Shown in pieces: positions 49,076 through 62,400 of a stretch of DNA of 64,000 nucleotides. A program made the position numbers and the translations under genes. This stretch comes from Azolla caroliniana (Eukaryota; Plantae; Polypodiophyta). The number at the start of each line of letters is the position of its first letter. Positions within the stretch are counted from its first letter, which is position 1. The stretch covers positions 10,354,001 to 10,418,000 of the forward strand of contig JBHGNT010000022.1 of the NCBI GenBank assembly GCA_043228905.1, read 5' to 3'. The notes under the pieces are model-generated. The model was not told the origin of the DNA. It was given only the letters and a program-made list of their open reading frames with translations, and made no database searches.

Positions 49076-51863
49076 AAGCCGTGTTGAGTAGATGGAGTCC
49101 ATTGAAATGACATCCCTTTACAAGTAAGCTCAATCATGGGTTCGACTCTGACGGAGAACCCCTTGATAAACCGCAAATAGAAATTTGCGAAACCAAGGAA
49201 CGAGTGGACATCCTTTACTCGTTTTGGAGTGGCCCATTCTTGAATTGTCTTGATTTTCCTTGGATCCATGGTGATGCCTTGGGGGGAGATAACATTACCA
49301 AGAAATTCTATGGAATTGCAATCAAACTCACATTTTTCTCTCTTGGCATAGAGGCCATGCTCCCTGAGTTTCGACAGAATCAATCGAATGTGGTGAGTAT
49401 GCTTTCCAATGCTCGACGAGAAGACAAGAATGTCATCAAGGTAGATAACCACAAAGTGATCGAGATTTCTCGAAATATGTCGTTCATCATATGTTCAAAA
49501 ACAGCTGGAGCATTGGTGAGTCCAAAAGGCATTACCTTGTACTCGAAGTGTCTGTATCGTATACGAAATGTCTTCTTCCATTCATCACCAAGTTTAATCC
49601 GAACCAAGTTGTATGCTCCCCCTGCAAGTCAATCTTGGAAAAGACTTGTGCACAACCAAGGCGATCGAGGAGCTCTGGGATGAGAGGTAAAGGGTATCGA
49701 TTACGTACCGTGATTTTATTGAGGCCACGGTAATCCACACATAGACGCAACGATCTATCCTTTTTCTTCACAAACAAGATGGGGGCCCTAGCTGGTGACT
49801 TAGACAGTTGGATGAAGCCCTTCTCCAAATTTTCATCAAGATATGTGCAAAGAGCCTCTAGTTCTAGTTCAGAGAGACCATAAATTGGCCCAAAGGGTGG
49901 AGATGTGCCCTCTTGTAGATTGATCGGACAATCATATGGTCGATGCTCCGGTAAGTGATCTGCATTCTTCTTCTCGAACACATAAGCAACGTCACCATAT
50001 TTGGATGGAAGCGAGTCCAGATTGGCTTTCATAGGAACCAAAACTGCAATACTCGACTCTACATTCTTGCCCATGGAGATGGAGTGCATTGTGACTGGGG
50101 CCTCAGAATCGAGTAGAGCTAAGGATTGAATTGAAATAGACTAGAAACAGAGAGTTACCTCTAAGGAAAAGTCATTAGTAGAACTTTGGGCGCAACATGT
50201 ATGTCTGTTATCCAACTGCATGGCTCCTACTATAGTTGGACATCGTCGTTTTCCAAATGTTGGGATCCACTAGTTGGATTGTCCCAATAGACTTGTCGCA
50301 GATTGCTTTTGAGTGGCCAAAAACGAATTAGATGGGAGAGCCGCGACAGTATAGACATAACCCATTGGTTCGTCGATGGTGTCGTTTGGCTGTCGTGAAT
50401 GGGGTTCGAGCTCGATCAATTTCCATCGGCATAGGATCATTGAACGATGTCACCGGAGAAGATCTCGCAGACACTTGGGGTTGTACCATAGGTTTAACGT
50501 AGAGAAAGGGTGACAACTTGGAAGTTGCCCATTCCTCGTGTCGAAGTTCAAAAAGGCGGTTGTCACAACTAACTGCTTGCTTGATGGATTGTGATAATGA
50601 AGTCGGCTCCGGGAAGTTTACTAGTAGATTCTTAACATCACTTCGAACGCCCCGACGAAAATGGTTGCAAAGGGCTTGGTCATCCAACTGAACATCACAT
50701 GCTAATTGTCTAAATTCAGATGCATAAACAGACATTGGACGCTTACCTTGATGTAATGAATAGATTTTGGTAAGTCTTGTTCGACGTCGATCCTTATCCC
50801 CAAATGTCACCTCGAACTCTTGTAGGAAAGCAGGAAAATTGTCGAGAAGTGGCGATGATGTTTCGACCAAAGGTGCAAACTAGATGCATAAACAAACACT
50901 AGACGCTTACCTTGATGTAATGAATAGATTTTGGTAAGGCTTGTTCGACGCCGATCCGTATCCCCAAATGTCGCCTCAAACTCTTCTAGGAAAACAGGAA
51001 AATTGTCGAGAAGTGGCGATGATGTTTCAACCAAAGGTGCGAACCAGCTTTGTGCAACTCTCGAGAGGAGAGAACCAACGAGGTCAACTCGGCATAAATC
51101 ATTCACATATCTTTGGGGTTGTAGCCAGATAATATGCTTTGATCTGATTTATGAACCCCCTTGTGCCATCGAACTGGTCGAGTAAACTAACATTGGGTTC
51201 TATAGTTGAAGTGGGGTGAAGAGGAATTGGAGCGAGGATTGACGAGGGGCCAAGCTCTACAGATTGAAGATTCCTTGATGTAGGAGGGCACTTGGGTTCT
51301 TCATTCTCCAATTCCATTGGAGTCCTAGCTTGGAGTTTCTGGAGAGATGCCCAAAGATTCTCATTTTCAAGTTGAAGTTGATGCATGACTGGCAATAGTT
51401 GATTTATGTTCTCAATAGAATCTGACATGATGAGACTTTGGAGATGGAAGGTGAACAAACTGTCACAGACAAGTAGACGAGGCTCAATACTAAGAGAGTG
51501 AGAGAGAGATCATAGACAAGATAATAAGAAAGAGAGAGAGAAAGTAGTCAAGAGAACAAGAACTGAATTATGATTTCGTAACTGGTGTTGTTCACCTTGA
51601 CTAAGGCCAAGGTGAACCATGTATTTATACATGTTTATGGGCTCTAAATGTAGCCCCATGCAAAGCCTCATTTTCATGCACAAGCTTCTAGAATGTTCTA
51701 GCTTCTGGAGCTTTCTAGAAGCTTCTAAAATCCTACATGTAAAATAGATAATCTACAATAATCTAGTAAGATAACATGATTATGTATTGGATGTATTGGT
51801 TAAAACATATCGATTAAATACAAGAGTTCGAATCATGAGATGACTGTTGTCATGTCCATGACA
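49076..51863 (-). mobile_element. Tcn1-like chromovirus L, 5' part (LTR 51461-51863, gag, RT)
   Basis: [53 protein letters not shown]; no tRNA-type PBS. Confidence 0.85.
51461..51863 (-). repeat. 5' LTR of L
   Basis: TGTCA...TGACA ends, minus-strand TATAAATA at 51629-51622, repeated TCTAGA motifs. Confidence 0.85.
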
Positions 51864-53964
51864 TCAACACCCCAGGAGATTAAAGGCTTCTTGATTCCAT
51901 TCGGGAGCAGATTGCGACCGATGCATTCGCCCAAGAGGTTTTCAGTCATATTATCCCACATCGTGCTTCCAACTCCCAATCTCAAAATCCTCTTCTAGAC
52001 TACACCCAGTTCAGTTGGCATGATGGTTTGCTTTTTCGAAAAACTCTCTTGTATGTGCCTGATGGTCCTTTTCGACTCAAGGTCATGCAACAATGTCATG
52101 ACATGCCAATGGCTGGACATTTCGGCATCCACAAGACTTTTGAGTTGATTTCTCGCCGATATTGGTGGCTACGGCTTCGCCATTTTGTTATAGATTATGT
52201 TTGTAGTTGTGATACATGTTGCCAATCAAAAAAGCCTCGACATCATCCATATGGCCTATTACAGCTAATGCCTATTCCGAAGAGCCCATGGAAATCTATT
52301 TCCTTGGACTTTATTACGGATCTTCCACCTTCCATGGGATTTGATTCTATTCTAACGGTAGTCAATTGTTTTACGAAGATGGTGCATTTCCTTCCATGCA
52401 CGAAGACCATTACTAGTCAAGAGACAACCGATTTACTCATGCGGGAGGTGTTTCGCCATCATGGTCTTCCGGATGATATTATCAGTGTTTGGGGTCCCAA
52501 ATTCATCTCGGAATTTTGGCGGCACATGTTCAAACTCTTACATACTTCATGTAAACTCTCTTTCGGCTATCATCCAAAGACTAATGGGCAGAGTGAGTGC
52601 ACCAACCAAACAGTTGAACAATATCTACGTTGTTTTGTCAACTATCAACAAGATGATTGGGTGGATTTATTACATTTGGCGGAATTTGCTTACAACAACT
52701 CTGAACATTGTTCTACTGGATATTCCCCATTTTTTGCTAACATTGTGTACCATCCTCGTGGGATGATGCTTGAACATCCCGAACTCCCGAAAAACCCGGC
52801 TGCTGAAGATCGGCTCACTCGACTCCAAGAAGTCCAAGATTGGTAAGATCAATGATGTGACATTTTGTCTTGATCTCCCTCCTCATGTGCGTCTTCACCC
52901 GGTCTTCCATGTTTCACTTTCGGAGCCCTACACAACAAGCTCTATTACGGGTCGTCTTACACCTCCCCCACCTCCAATCGAAGTTTCCAATCGTTCTGAA
53001 TATGAGGTTGCTGCCATTCTCGACTCCAAGATCATCCGCAACAAACTATAGTATTTGGTTGATTGGTTAGGTTATACACCTAATGATCGAACATGGGAGC
53101 CGACCGAGCATCTTGGTAATGCCTCCGACATGGTTGTTGCATTTCACGACAAATATCCCCATAAACCAAGTCCAAACCCTTGTCTTCCGACTTGTGGAAC
53201 TCGTCATCGAAAGGGGGGAAAATGTCCTATTACGACATATTAGAATATTCTAGAACATTCTAGATTATTCTAGAACATCCTTTAGTATTTCATGATTATA
53301 TTTCGTATCATAAAAATCTAAAATATTCTAGAACATTCTAGAATACTCCATAGGGATCTATAAATAAGTGTCCATACATTCATTTCAACTCATTCGGTTC
53401 AACACCAGCCTTTAGCCCTTAGCATACTCATTGTAATCTTGTTTCATCATAATATAATCTCATTTCTATTTTGTAAAGAATGGGGTATGGATTTTGTGCA
53501 GCGGAATAGGTATGGACTGTGTGTGTGTATGAGAGACAGAGAGAGAGAGAGAGACAAGGAGTGAGACACAGAGAATACGCAAGGTAAAGTATATTAACAA
53601 AGGAGAAAGACTCAACATTATACAAGGTGGGAGGAGGGTGCTTTATATAGTCACCCTCTCTCTTCATTAACTACAAGTCTCATGGAGCATGGGGAATGTG
53701 AAAGCTCATAAGTTATGTGTCATAGAATATGATTCTATGAATCATACTAAATGCTAGAATACAAAGTGGTGACATAGTGGTGACTCTTGACCGTTGGAGT
53801 GTCTATTCACTCTCAAGGTGAGTTCACACACTAGACCAAGTTGAGCTTGATTCTCAAGATATTTAAAGTCTTATCTCTCTCACTCTCTCTCACGCACACA
53901 CACACACACCCTCTCTCTTTCACTCTCGCCCTCACACTCTATCTCCTACCCACTAGTCTTGACA
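51864..53964 (+). mobile_element. Tcn1-like chromovirus M, 3' part (integrase, chromodomain, PPT, 3' LTR 53223-53964)
   Basis: HD...GH...CDTC, PWKSISLDFITDLP, YHPKTNGQSE; EYEVAAILD...YLVDWLGY...TWEP; PPT AAGGGGGGAAAA. Confidence 0.9.
53472..53859 (-). mobile_element. Solo LTR (388 bp, copia-type) inside the M LTR
   Basis: Perfect TSD TATTT; end TCTTGAGAATCAAGCTCAAC resembles the start of the H LTR. Confidence 0.85.
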
Positions 53965-55417
53965 ACGGACAACCAAGAAGACAGCAAGGAGAAAAAGGAA
54001 GAGGAGGAGGCAAGCGTAATCGAGGCTCGCGTAATCGGGGATGGGGTAGCCACGGAGAATGAAGTCCGGACGGAGGTGGCTACGGACATGATGAGTAGTG
54101 GTGTCGGGACCTTACCCACACCGGTTCTAGAGACTCCGGTAGCTGCCCCGAGTGCCGCGTGAGACCTAGAGTGACGGACAGTGGCGGTGGCAAGGCGGGT
54201 GACCAAGATGACGACAAGGGGAAAGAGGTGGCTACGGACATGACGAGTTGCGGTGCCGGGACCTTACCCACACCAGTTCTAAAGACTACGACTGTTGTCC
54301 CGAGTGCCGACGTGAGACCAAGAGTGACGAATGGTGGCAGCGACAAGGCGGGTGACCAAGATGACGAAAAGGGGAAGGAGGTGGCTACCGACATGAAAAG
54401 CGGCGGTGCCAGGACCTTACCCACACCGGTTCTAGAGACTCCAGCACCCAGCGTGAGACCTACAATGACGGATAGTGGCGGCGGCAAGGCGGGTGACTGA
54501 AACGAGAACGAGGAAGATGGTAGCAGATGGAGGAGATATCCCACGACACCGGGGCCGGAGACTTCGGCAGTTACGTACCAACATAAGACCGGTGGCCGTG
54601 AGGATCTGAGGGCTGGAGCGGGAACTTGCGAAAGGACCGAAAGGGAGGTTCGGAGCGGCAAAGAGGAGAGAGTTGGGAACCGATCTGAACAAAAGACGAA
54701 CGGGTCGGTAATCCGACATGAGCGAAAGATGATGCGGAAGAAGATTGGAGCGAGGACACGTCAACCGGGCCCGAACCGAAGAAGAGCCGGCAAGGCTGGG
54801 ATTGTTCGGTCAAACCTGTACCGGCCTGTTATGATCATGGAAGAGAGCCGACCGAACCGGAACCCGATCAGTCAAGACCGATCCGGGCACGGGCTATGCC
54901 GGCATGATTGGAGGAACACGAGCGACGACTATGGTCCGGTGGAAGACCGGAAACAAGAGGAACCCTCCACACCTATTCTAGAGACTTCGGCAGTTGCGGA
55001 TCGACGTAAGACCGGAGAGATGGCAGGTGACGGCGAGGAGTTGGAGGTCGGAGCAGACGAGGTTACCGAAACAGGTATCCAGTGTGGATAGACCAACGAG
55101 CGGGGCCAAGAGGGCTAAACGGAGCCGGAAAGGACTACAACGACGAAGGAAGAAGAGGCCGACGCGTAGGTCGGGACTACGACGAGTGAAGGGTGTGAAA
55201 CAGAGCATGCACTACGGCCATAAGAGTGGCAAAGAGTGGCCGGTGATAGCGGTCTGGTTGAGCCTTTGAGAGGCAAGCATGGGATGGAAGGCGGAGTGGT
55301 GAGTTGCCGGGATTGACGGATGAACGGAGAGAGCGGAGGATGGTGCATGGAGAGCAAAGGGCTATACACTGGGAAGAGAAAACGCGGTGTCCTGGAAGAC
55401 ATGCGAGGCCAAGCGGG
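53965..55417 (+). mobile_element. Fragment N: acidic repeat-coding region related to the J internal ORF
   Basis: Three ~120-bp tandem units (54070-54500) encoding EVATDM..G.GTLPTPVLET; PSTPILETSAVADRRK matches J repeats. Confidence 0.6.
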
Positions 55418-58400
55418 TGTTAAGAGTCTATTACTAATCAATAGACCAAAGTAAAGTAAAAGAAGGAAAATAGAACGGATAGAAGATCCTATTCCACCCG
55501 ACCACCCCCGAGCTATGATCTAGACATAGCCAACCTACCACCAACGTCCCATACCGCCGGATATTAGGATGACTAATACCTTGGAAGAGATAAACACGAT
55601 CATCGAGACGAAATCCTAGCCAACACCACCGGTGTCTAAAACAACAGCCTTCCGACATAATGTAATTATGAGGCTAGCTAAGCCTCATATTTATACCTTT
55701 TCCTAGGCCCCTTGAATAGATGTGCCTTTCTAAAAGGCTCTCCATTCATTGGTTGTCCAAATCATGATAGTGCATGCACCTATCATTCCTTCTATCCAAT
55801 CATTAGTTCCCTTTTTAACATTAGTGAACATAGCCTTCACTAATGTAAATATTGGTGACCTACCCTCGCCAACGTTATGTGTACATAACATATTCCCCTA
55901 CTTCAAAAGATTGCACTCTTGCAATATAAAGTGAGGAACTTGTGCCTTAAGAGTATGCGCGCATTCCCATGTGGCATCATCAATAGGTTTATCCATCCAT
56001 TGATCTTGAATAGTCGAATCTCTTTAGAACATGAATGTTTAGTACGAGAATCAAGAATTCATTTAGGAACATGAGGTTTGTAAGAAAAATCCTCTAATGT
56101 TACAAGATCTTGGATTGTGATGGTGTTATCACCAGACCCTAAAAATGGTTTTAGACGACTGACGTGAAAAATGGGATGAATACCAACATTACGGGGTAAG
56201 GCAAGGTGATAAGCAGATGACCCAACCCGCTTAAGGATTTCAAATGGGTCACAATATTGTGGGGCTAACTTAGCGCACTTGCATGTAGACAATGATGTAG
56301 AGTCAGTAGGGACACACAAAAAAACTTTTTGACCAATATCAAATGCACGAGGACGTCTATCCTAATCAACATAAAATTGAGCACGATCTTGAGCTATCTA
56401 GACATTCTCTTTGGCAATATGTAACATTTGGTTCATGTCTTGCAAAAAATTGCGTGTACTGTCTAATGTATCATGATGAATCGTGACATCAACTGGGGCA
56501 CGTGGCTGAAAACCATACATAAACATAAAAGGACTATATCCAGTGGATGCATGTTTAGAGCTATTATAGGCAAATTCGAAGATAGGAAGGTATTGCTCCA
56601 ACTTAGAAGGGGTTTTTGCTACATAAGCTCGAAGCATGTCCTCAATAATTTGATTAGCTCGTTCAGTTTTTCCATCAACAAATTGATAAGCTAATTGTTG
56701 AGTGGTTACCGTGGTTTTGGTAGGAATAAATCTAGCCAATTTTATTAGTTTGTTAACGACAACCCAAATGGCATCATGACCCCTCTGTGTACAGGGTAAA
56801 CTAACAATAAAATCCATCGAGATACTTTCCCATTTGTTGTTGGGAATATCTAAGGGATGTAAAAGACCCGCAACTTTAAGTCGTTCTGACTTATTAATCT
56901 AACATTGTAAGCATCGAGTTACATATTTATGCACGTCAGAGCGCATCTTAGGCTAGAAAAATGTACTCGAGATGAGAACAAGTGTGCGTTGTATTCCAAG
57001 ATGACCTGTAGATGCTGCATCATGACATTCATGAAGAATTTTCTGTTTTACATTTGGTAAATCTGGAACACAAACCTTTCCACTATGGTAGAGCAAACCA
57101 TTTGTAATGTGAAAGGTCACCTTTGAGGGTAGGGTGCTAGTATTGGCATCTAAACCAGATTTGGCTTTCATTCAGTATTTCGAAAAATAACATTCATCAA
57201 GGTATTTCCCTCGAAGGTGATCTAAAATATCGGATTTTATTTCCGTGAAGCTAAGCATGTTAACTTCTTTAATGCGACTAAGAGCATCCCCAACAGTGTT
57301 CATAGAACCCTTGCGATACCATATGGAAAAATCAAAATCTTGCATAAGGTCAGCCCAATGGCCTCTACGACCAACAAGATCTAGCTAGTCTCAAAAATAC
57401 TTTAATGATTGATGGTCTGCTATTACCACAAACTTATTTCCATAAAGATAGTGCCTCCATGTTTTAAGTGCATGTATTACCACAAACAACTCTTTCTCTT
57501 GAACCGAATACCAAGATTGAGCAACATCAAGCTTCTTATTTTCGAAAGTAATAGGGTGACCTCCTTGATAAAGAACAACACCAATAGCATAATCACTAGC
57601 ATCGGTTTCGATTGAGAAAGGATTAGAAGGGATCGGTAATAGAAGAGTGGGAGCTTGACACACATGCTCTTTGAGTGATTTGTCAAGTTGTTCATTCCAT
57701 GCAATTGGTTTGACATACTTACTTGGATGACCTTTTAAAAGGTCAGTTAATGGCATAGTCAATTTGGAATAGTTACGAATTGATTTTCGTAAAAATCCAA
57801 CAAACCCTAAGAATGATCACAGTTCACGAATATTACGAGGAATGGGCCAAAGTTTAACCTTTTCAATATGAGAAGTTTAACTTTTTGCAAAACAAATCGA
57901 ACATGTTGAACATGATCTTGCAAGGTGCGGCTATATATCAAAATATCATCGAAGAAAATGACAACAAAATCACCAAGTTGATCTCGAAAAATGTCATTCA
58001 TCGCTTATTGGAATGTGGCTGGAGCATTAGTCAACCTGAAAGGCATGACTAAAAACTCATAATGGCCATAGTCCGTACGAAAAGCGGTTTTAGGAATATC
58101 ATCCTTGGCAATGCGAATCTGATGATAACCTGTTCGTAAGTCAATTTTTGTAAAATATCGGGCCCCATGCAAACGATCAATCAAATCATCGGCACGAGGT
58201 AACAGATATACATTTTTTATTGTCATTTTATTCAAACGGCGATAATTGATACACATTCGCCATGAACCTTCCTTCTTCTTAACTAATAGAACCGGCGGAC
58301 CCGAAGGTGATTTACTATACCTAATGTGGCCCATACTCAAGTATTCCTAAGTTTTTTAGCGATCTCATCCTCTTCTAATCGACTAAGTCGGTAAGGTGAA

Positions 58401-59436
58401 ATGCTCACAGGAGTAGCACCATGAATGAGTTCAATTTGATGGTCCACATTACATTTTGGTGGTAAAGTAAGTGGCGATTCATTAGGAAACAAGTCTTGAA
58501 AATCGTCTAAAATAGAGTCGAGTAATCATTGTTCATAATGTGGTAATTGTGTGGCGTCAATATTAAAATAATAAAATTGAAGCGCGGGATCAATTACACA
58601 CGAATAAATTAATGAACTTGAATACTCACTTACAGATTTAGAAGACACAAGTGAACGAGAAGGAAGTTTGGAACATTGAATAAAATGTTTACAATTATTA
58701 AGTTCAAATGTGATTGAGTGATAAACCCAATCAATGGAGAAAGAAGGGTTTTTATAAAGAAACCAAGGGTATCCTAAAATGACATCTGCGGATTGTAGTT
58801 TCATAACATGAAAGTCAAGCTTCTCCAAATAGGTATCTATTTGAATTGGCATTTGACAAACAATGCCACTGATGTATTGAAGGCTTCCATTTGCCATGTG
58901 AACTTGATAGATACGATCACTTGCGTTTATGTGGAGTTCCATTTGCTGCACAAAGTGATCATTAAGAAAATTGTGAGAACTACCGGAATCAAACAAGAAA
59001 TGTGCTTGTGTTCCATTGAAATACCCGACTGCTCAGAGTAAATCATTAGGTCCAAGTAAATATGAAGGAAAAGTGCATTCACATGAACATAAGTGGTTGG
59101 TATGAACTTCAACAACATCAAAAAAGTCACTTGTGTGACTAGTAGATTTGTCTTGAGGAGGGGTGTTCATTGACTTCCTCTCAAGACGACGACAAGTATC
59201 CTTTGTGTGGCCCCGTTTCTTGCAATATGCACAGAAGAGGTTAGGTTTCTTGGAGTCACAGTCAAGAATATCATTGGATTGCTTACGTTTCCCAATGAAC
59301 TTGACATTTAGAGTTTTGGCGAACTTAGGTTTATTGTGGTCTTTCTTGGAATTCCTATGATACCGAAGTACAATGTTGACGGCTTCCTCAAAAGTTGTGG
59401 GCTCTTTGTCATGGACAATCCAATGGTAATCCCCAT

Positions 59437-62400
59437 AACACCGGGTCATTTGAAACAGGTAATATGTCGCATTCTCTTTTTCATATCTTAGTGAGATGTT
59501 AAAAAATGCCTTATTTAAGCAAAATTTCAACAAGGCACGACGCATGTGTATGTGGTTTATGAAAACATAGCGAAAAAAAGAACTAACTAATATCACGTCA
59601 ACAAAATCATCCGACGTATATTCTATCTACCATGTTTTTGTCCAAATCTTAGACAGGGGTGTATTTGTCAACACAAGTATAATAGTAACACGGGTCCTTG
59701 TGCATATTCTAAAAAGCATGCCCCATTGAATAAGTGTCTTCTTCTAATTATGTGTGTATATTTAAATATAATACATCTTAAAGCAAATTGTGAACCTTGC
59801 AATTAAGAGATACTACTATGTCAAGAGAAAATTTCCATTGACACGTGATACATGACACTGTCAATGTATAAATAAACTAGTCTACAATAACATTCCAATC
59901 ATACGAGTAAATGATAGAGTATAAACTTATCTCCGATATACCCCAAATGATAAAGGAGAGTTTAGATAACATGTACACATACAAGTATACTTAATTTCTA
60001 AGTTCAATGATTGTTACACGAAAATTATAAGTAAGCTCAACTTATATATTACGTCAAAATTTAACAATTCATATTGTTCAAAATTTACAATAAGCCATAA
60101 CCATTCAATCGAATAATAAGTCTGGTAAAGCCGTCTACTCAGAATTAGCTCTTTCATCAGGATTATCCTCATTGGCTTCGTCAGTACGCTAAGTTGAATT
60201 GTTAGTATGTTCAGACTCTGAAACGTCTTCTAATTCAACAAGTTGCCCTGCGTCTTCATCTATAGTTCCACAAGTTTTCTAAAAGTCATCTGGAACATCT
60301 AAGTTTTATTGATATGCTTTGCCCCAACTTCTTGGTCTTGATCAGGACAACCCCAGATACCTTGGATCCTCATTTTGATGACATTAAGTTGCTCAAGGTC
60401 CTTCTCTAATGCAACAGAGTTCTGATAATCTTTAAGGCGTATGTTTTAGTGGTACATGACAGTAGAATGAAATTGCACAGGTAACATCAAACTAAAGAAT
60501 AGAATATAACGTTAATCTAAATTGATGTAAGTTTTATATTATATACCTGTGTCAGAAAACTAATCTAAAACCCATTGAAAATTTGAAACAATAAAATTTG
60601 AAAAAATAAAAAATCTTGGATTTTTAATTGGAATCCAATGCGATGCACTAGATTTCAGTTAAAAATCCAGGTTTTTTTGTTTTTTGTAATTTTTAAAAAA
60701 ATTTCCATTAAAAAATAAAAAATGGATTTTCAGCTAAAATACTATGCACTACATTATATTTTAGTATATATAGCTAGAATCTAATGCAATGCGTTGGATT
60801 AGAGTCGAAAATCCTTTTTTCTTTTTTCTTTTTCCAATGTTATTTATTTATTTATTTTCCATATAAAAAATAATAAACGGCTTTTCAACTGAAATCCGAT
60901 ACACTACATCAGATCGTAGTCTATACAGCTAGACATTGATGCATTGCATCAGATTTTAGCTGGCAATCCTCTTTCTTTTCATTTGTTTTTCATTTTTTCA
61001 AAAAATAAATAAAAATATATTAAAAAAGTGGATTTCCAATTGAAATCTAATGCACTACATCGAATTTCAATTAAAAATCCAAATTTCTTTTAGGTTTTTC
61101 ATAAAACAATGAGATAATAAAAAAATATTACATTTTCAACAAAATCTGAACCATTGAGTCGGATTTCAATTGCAAATTAATGTTTTATGAAAAAACATAA
61201 GAAAAATATTGAACTTTCAACGGAAATCTGATGCACTACATCGGATTTCTGTTGAAACTCAATGATTTTGAACGGAAATCCGATGCAGTGCATCGGATTT
61301 CCATTGAAAATCCTGTTGAAAATGATCTGTTTTCAACGGGAATACGATGCACTGCATCGGATTCCCGTTGAAAACACATCATTTTAAATGGAGAAAATCA
61401 CAATTTGTTTATTTTTAACACTTTTTTAGAGAAAAATATAAACAAATAAGAAAATTTGTAAACAAACAAGAAAAAGTGGACTTTCAATGGAAATCCGATG
61501 CAGTGCATCGGATTTCCGTTGAAAATCCATTTTTTTCAATTCCTATATATTTATTTATGATAAAAACAAAAACAATTCAAAACAAATACAAAAACAAATT
61601 CAAAATATCTGAAAAATTGGAAACAAATAAGACAAAATGGATTTTCAATAGAAATCCGATGTAGTGCATCGGATTTCTGTTGAAAACCCATGTTTTGCAA
61701 TTTTTATTTATTTATTTATGGGAAAAAATGAAAAAAAATTTAAAAAATACAAAAAAATATTTTAAAATATGAAAATTTGGTAACAAATAGCAAAAAGTGG
61801 ACTTTCAATAGAAATCCGATGCAATGCATCGGATTTCCTTTGAAAATTCATTTTTTCAATTTCTATATAGTTATTTATGAGAAAATAGACAAACAAAATA
61901 CCAAAAAAATTCTAAAAACTACGAAAATTTGGAAAAAATTAGAAAAAATGAATTTTCTACAGAAATCCGATGCAGTGCATTGAATTTCCATTGAAAATAT
62001 ATTTTTTCAATATTTTTTTATTTTTTATAGAAAAAATTCAAAAAAATTCAAAAAAAACAAAAATAAAAAGCAAATTTGGAAAAAAATACGTAAAAGTAGA
62101 CTTTCAACCAAAATCCGATGCAGTGCATCGGATTTCCATTGAAAATCCATTTCTTCAATTTTTATTTATTTTTTTATGGGAAAAATAAAAACGAATTCAA
62201 AAACAATTCAAAAAATAAGAAAATTTTCAAAAAAATAAGATAAATTGGATTTTCAATTGAATCCAATGCACGGAATTGGATTTCCATTGAAATCCAATTT
62301 TTCAATTTTTATTTATTTATTTACGAGTAAAATAAAAAATGTTTATTTATTTATTTATGGGAAAATGTTTTATTTTTTCAATTTGTATTTATTTATGTAT

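Noticed and set aside
59033-59596. 187-aa ORF as an intact gene
   Set aside because: It is O gag reading out of the TIR of the inserted DNA transposon; the true upstream gag is at 63377-63570.
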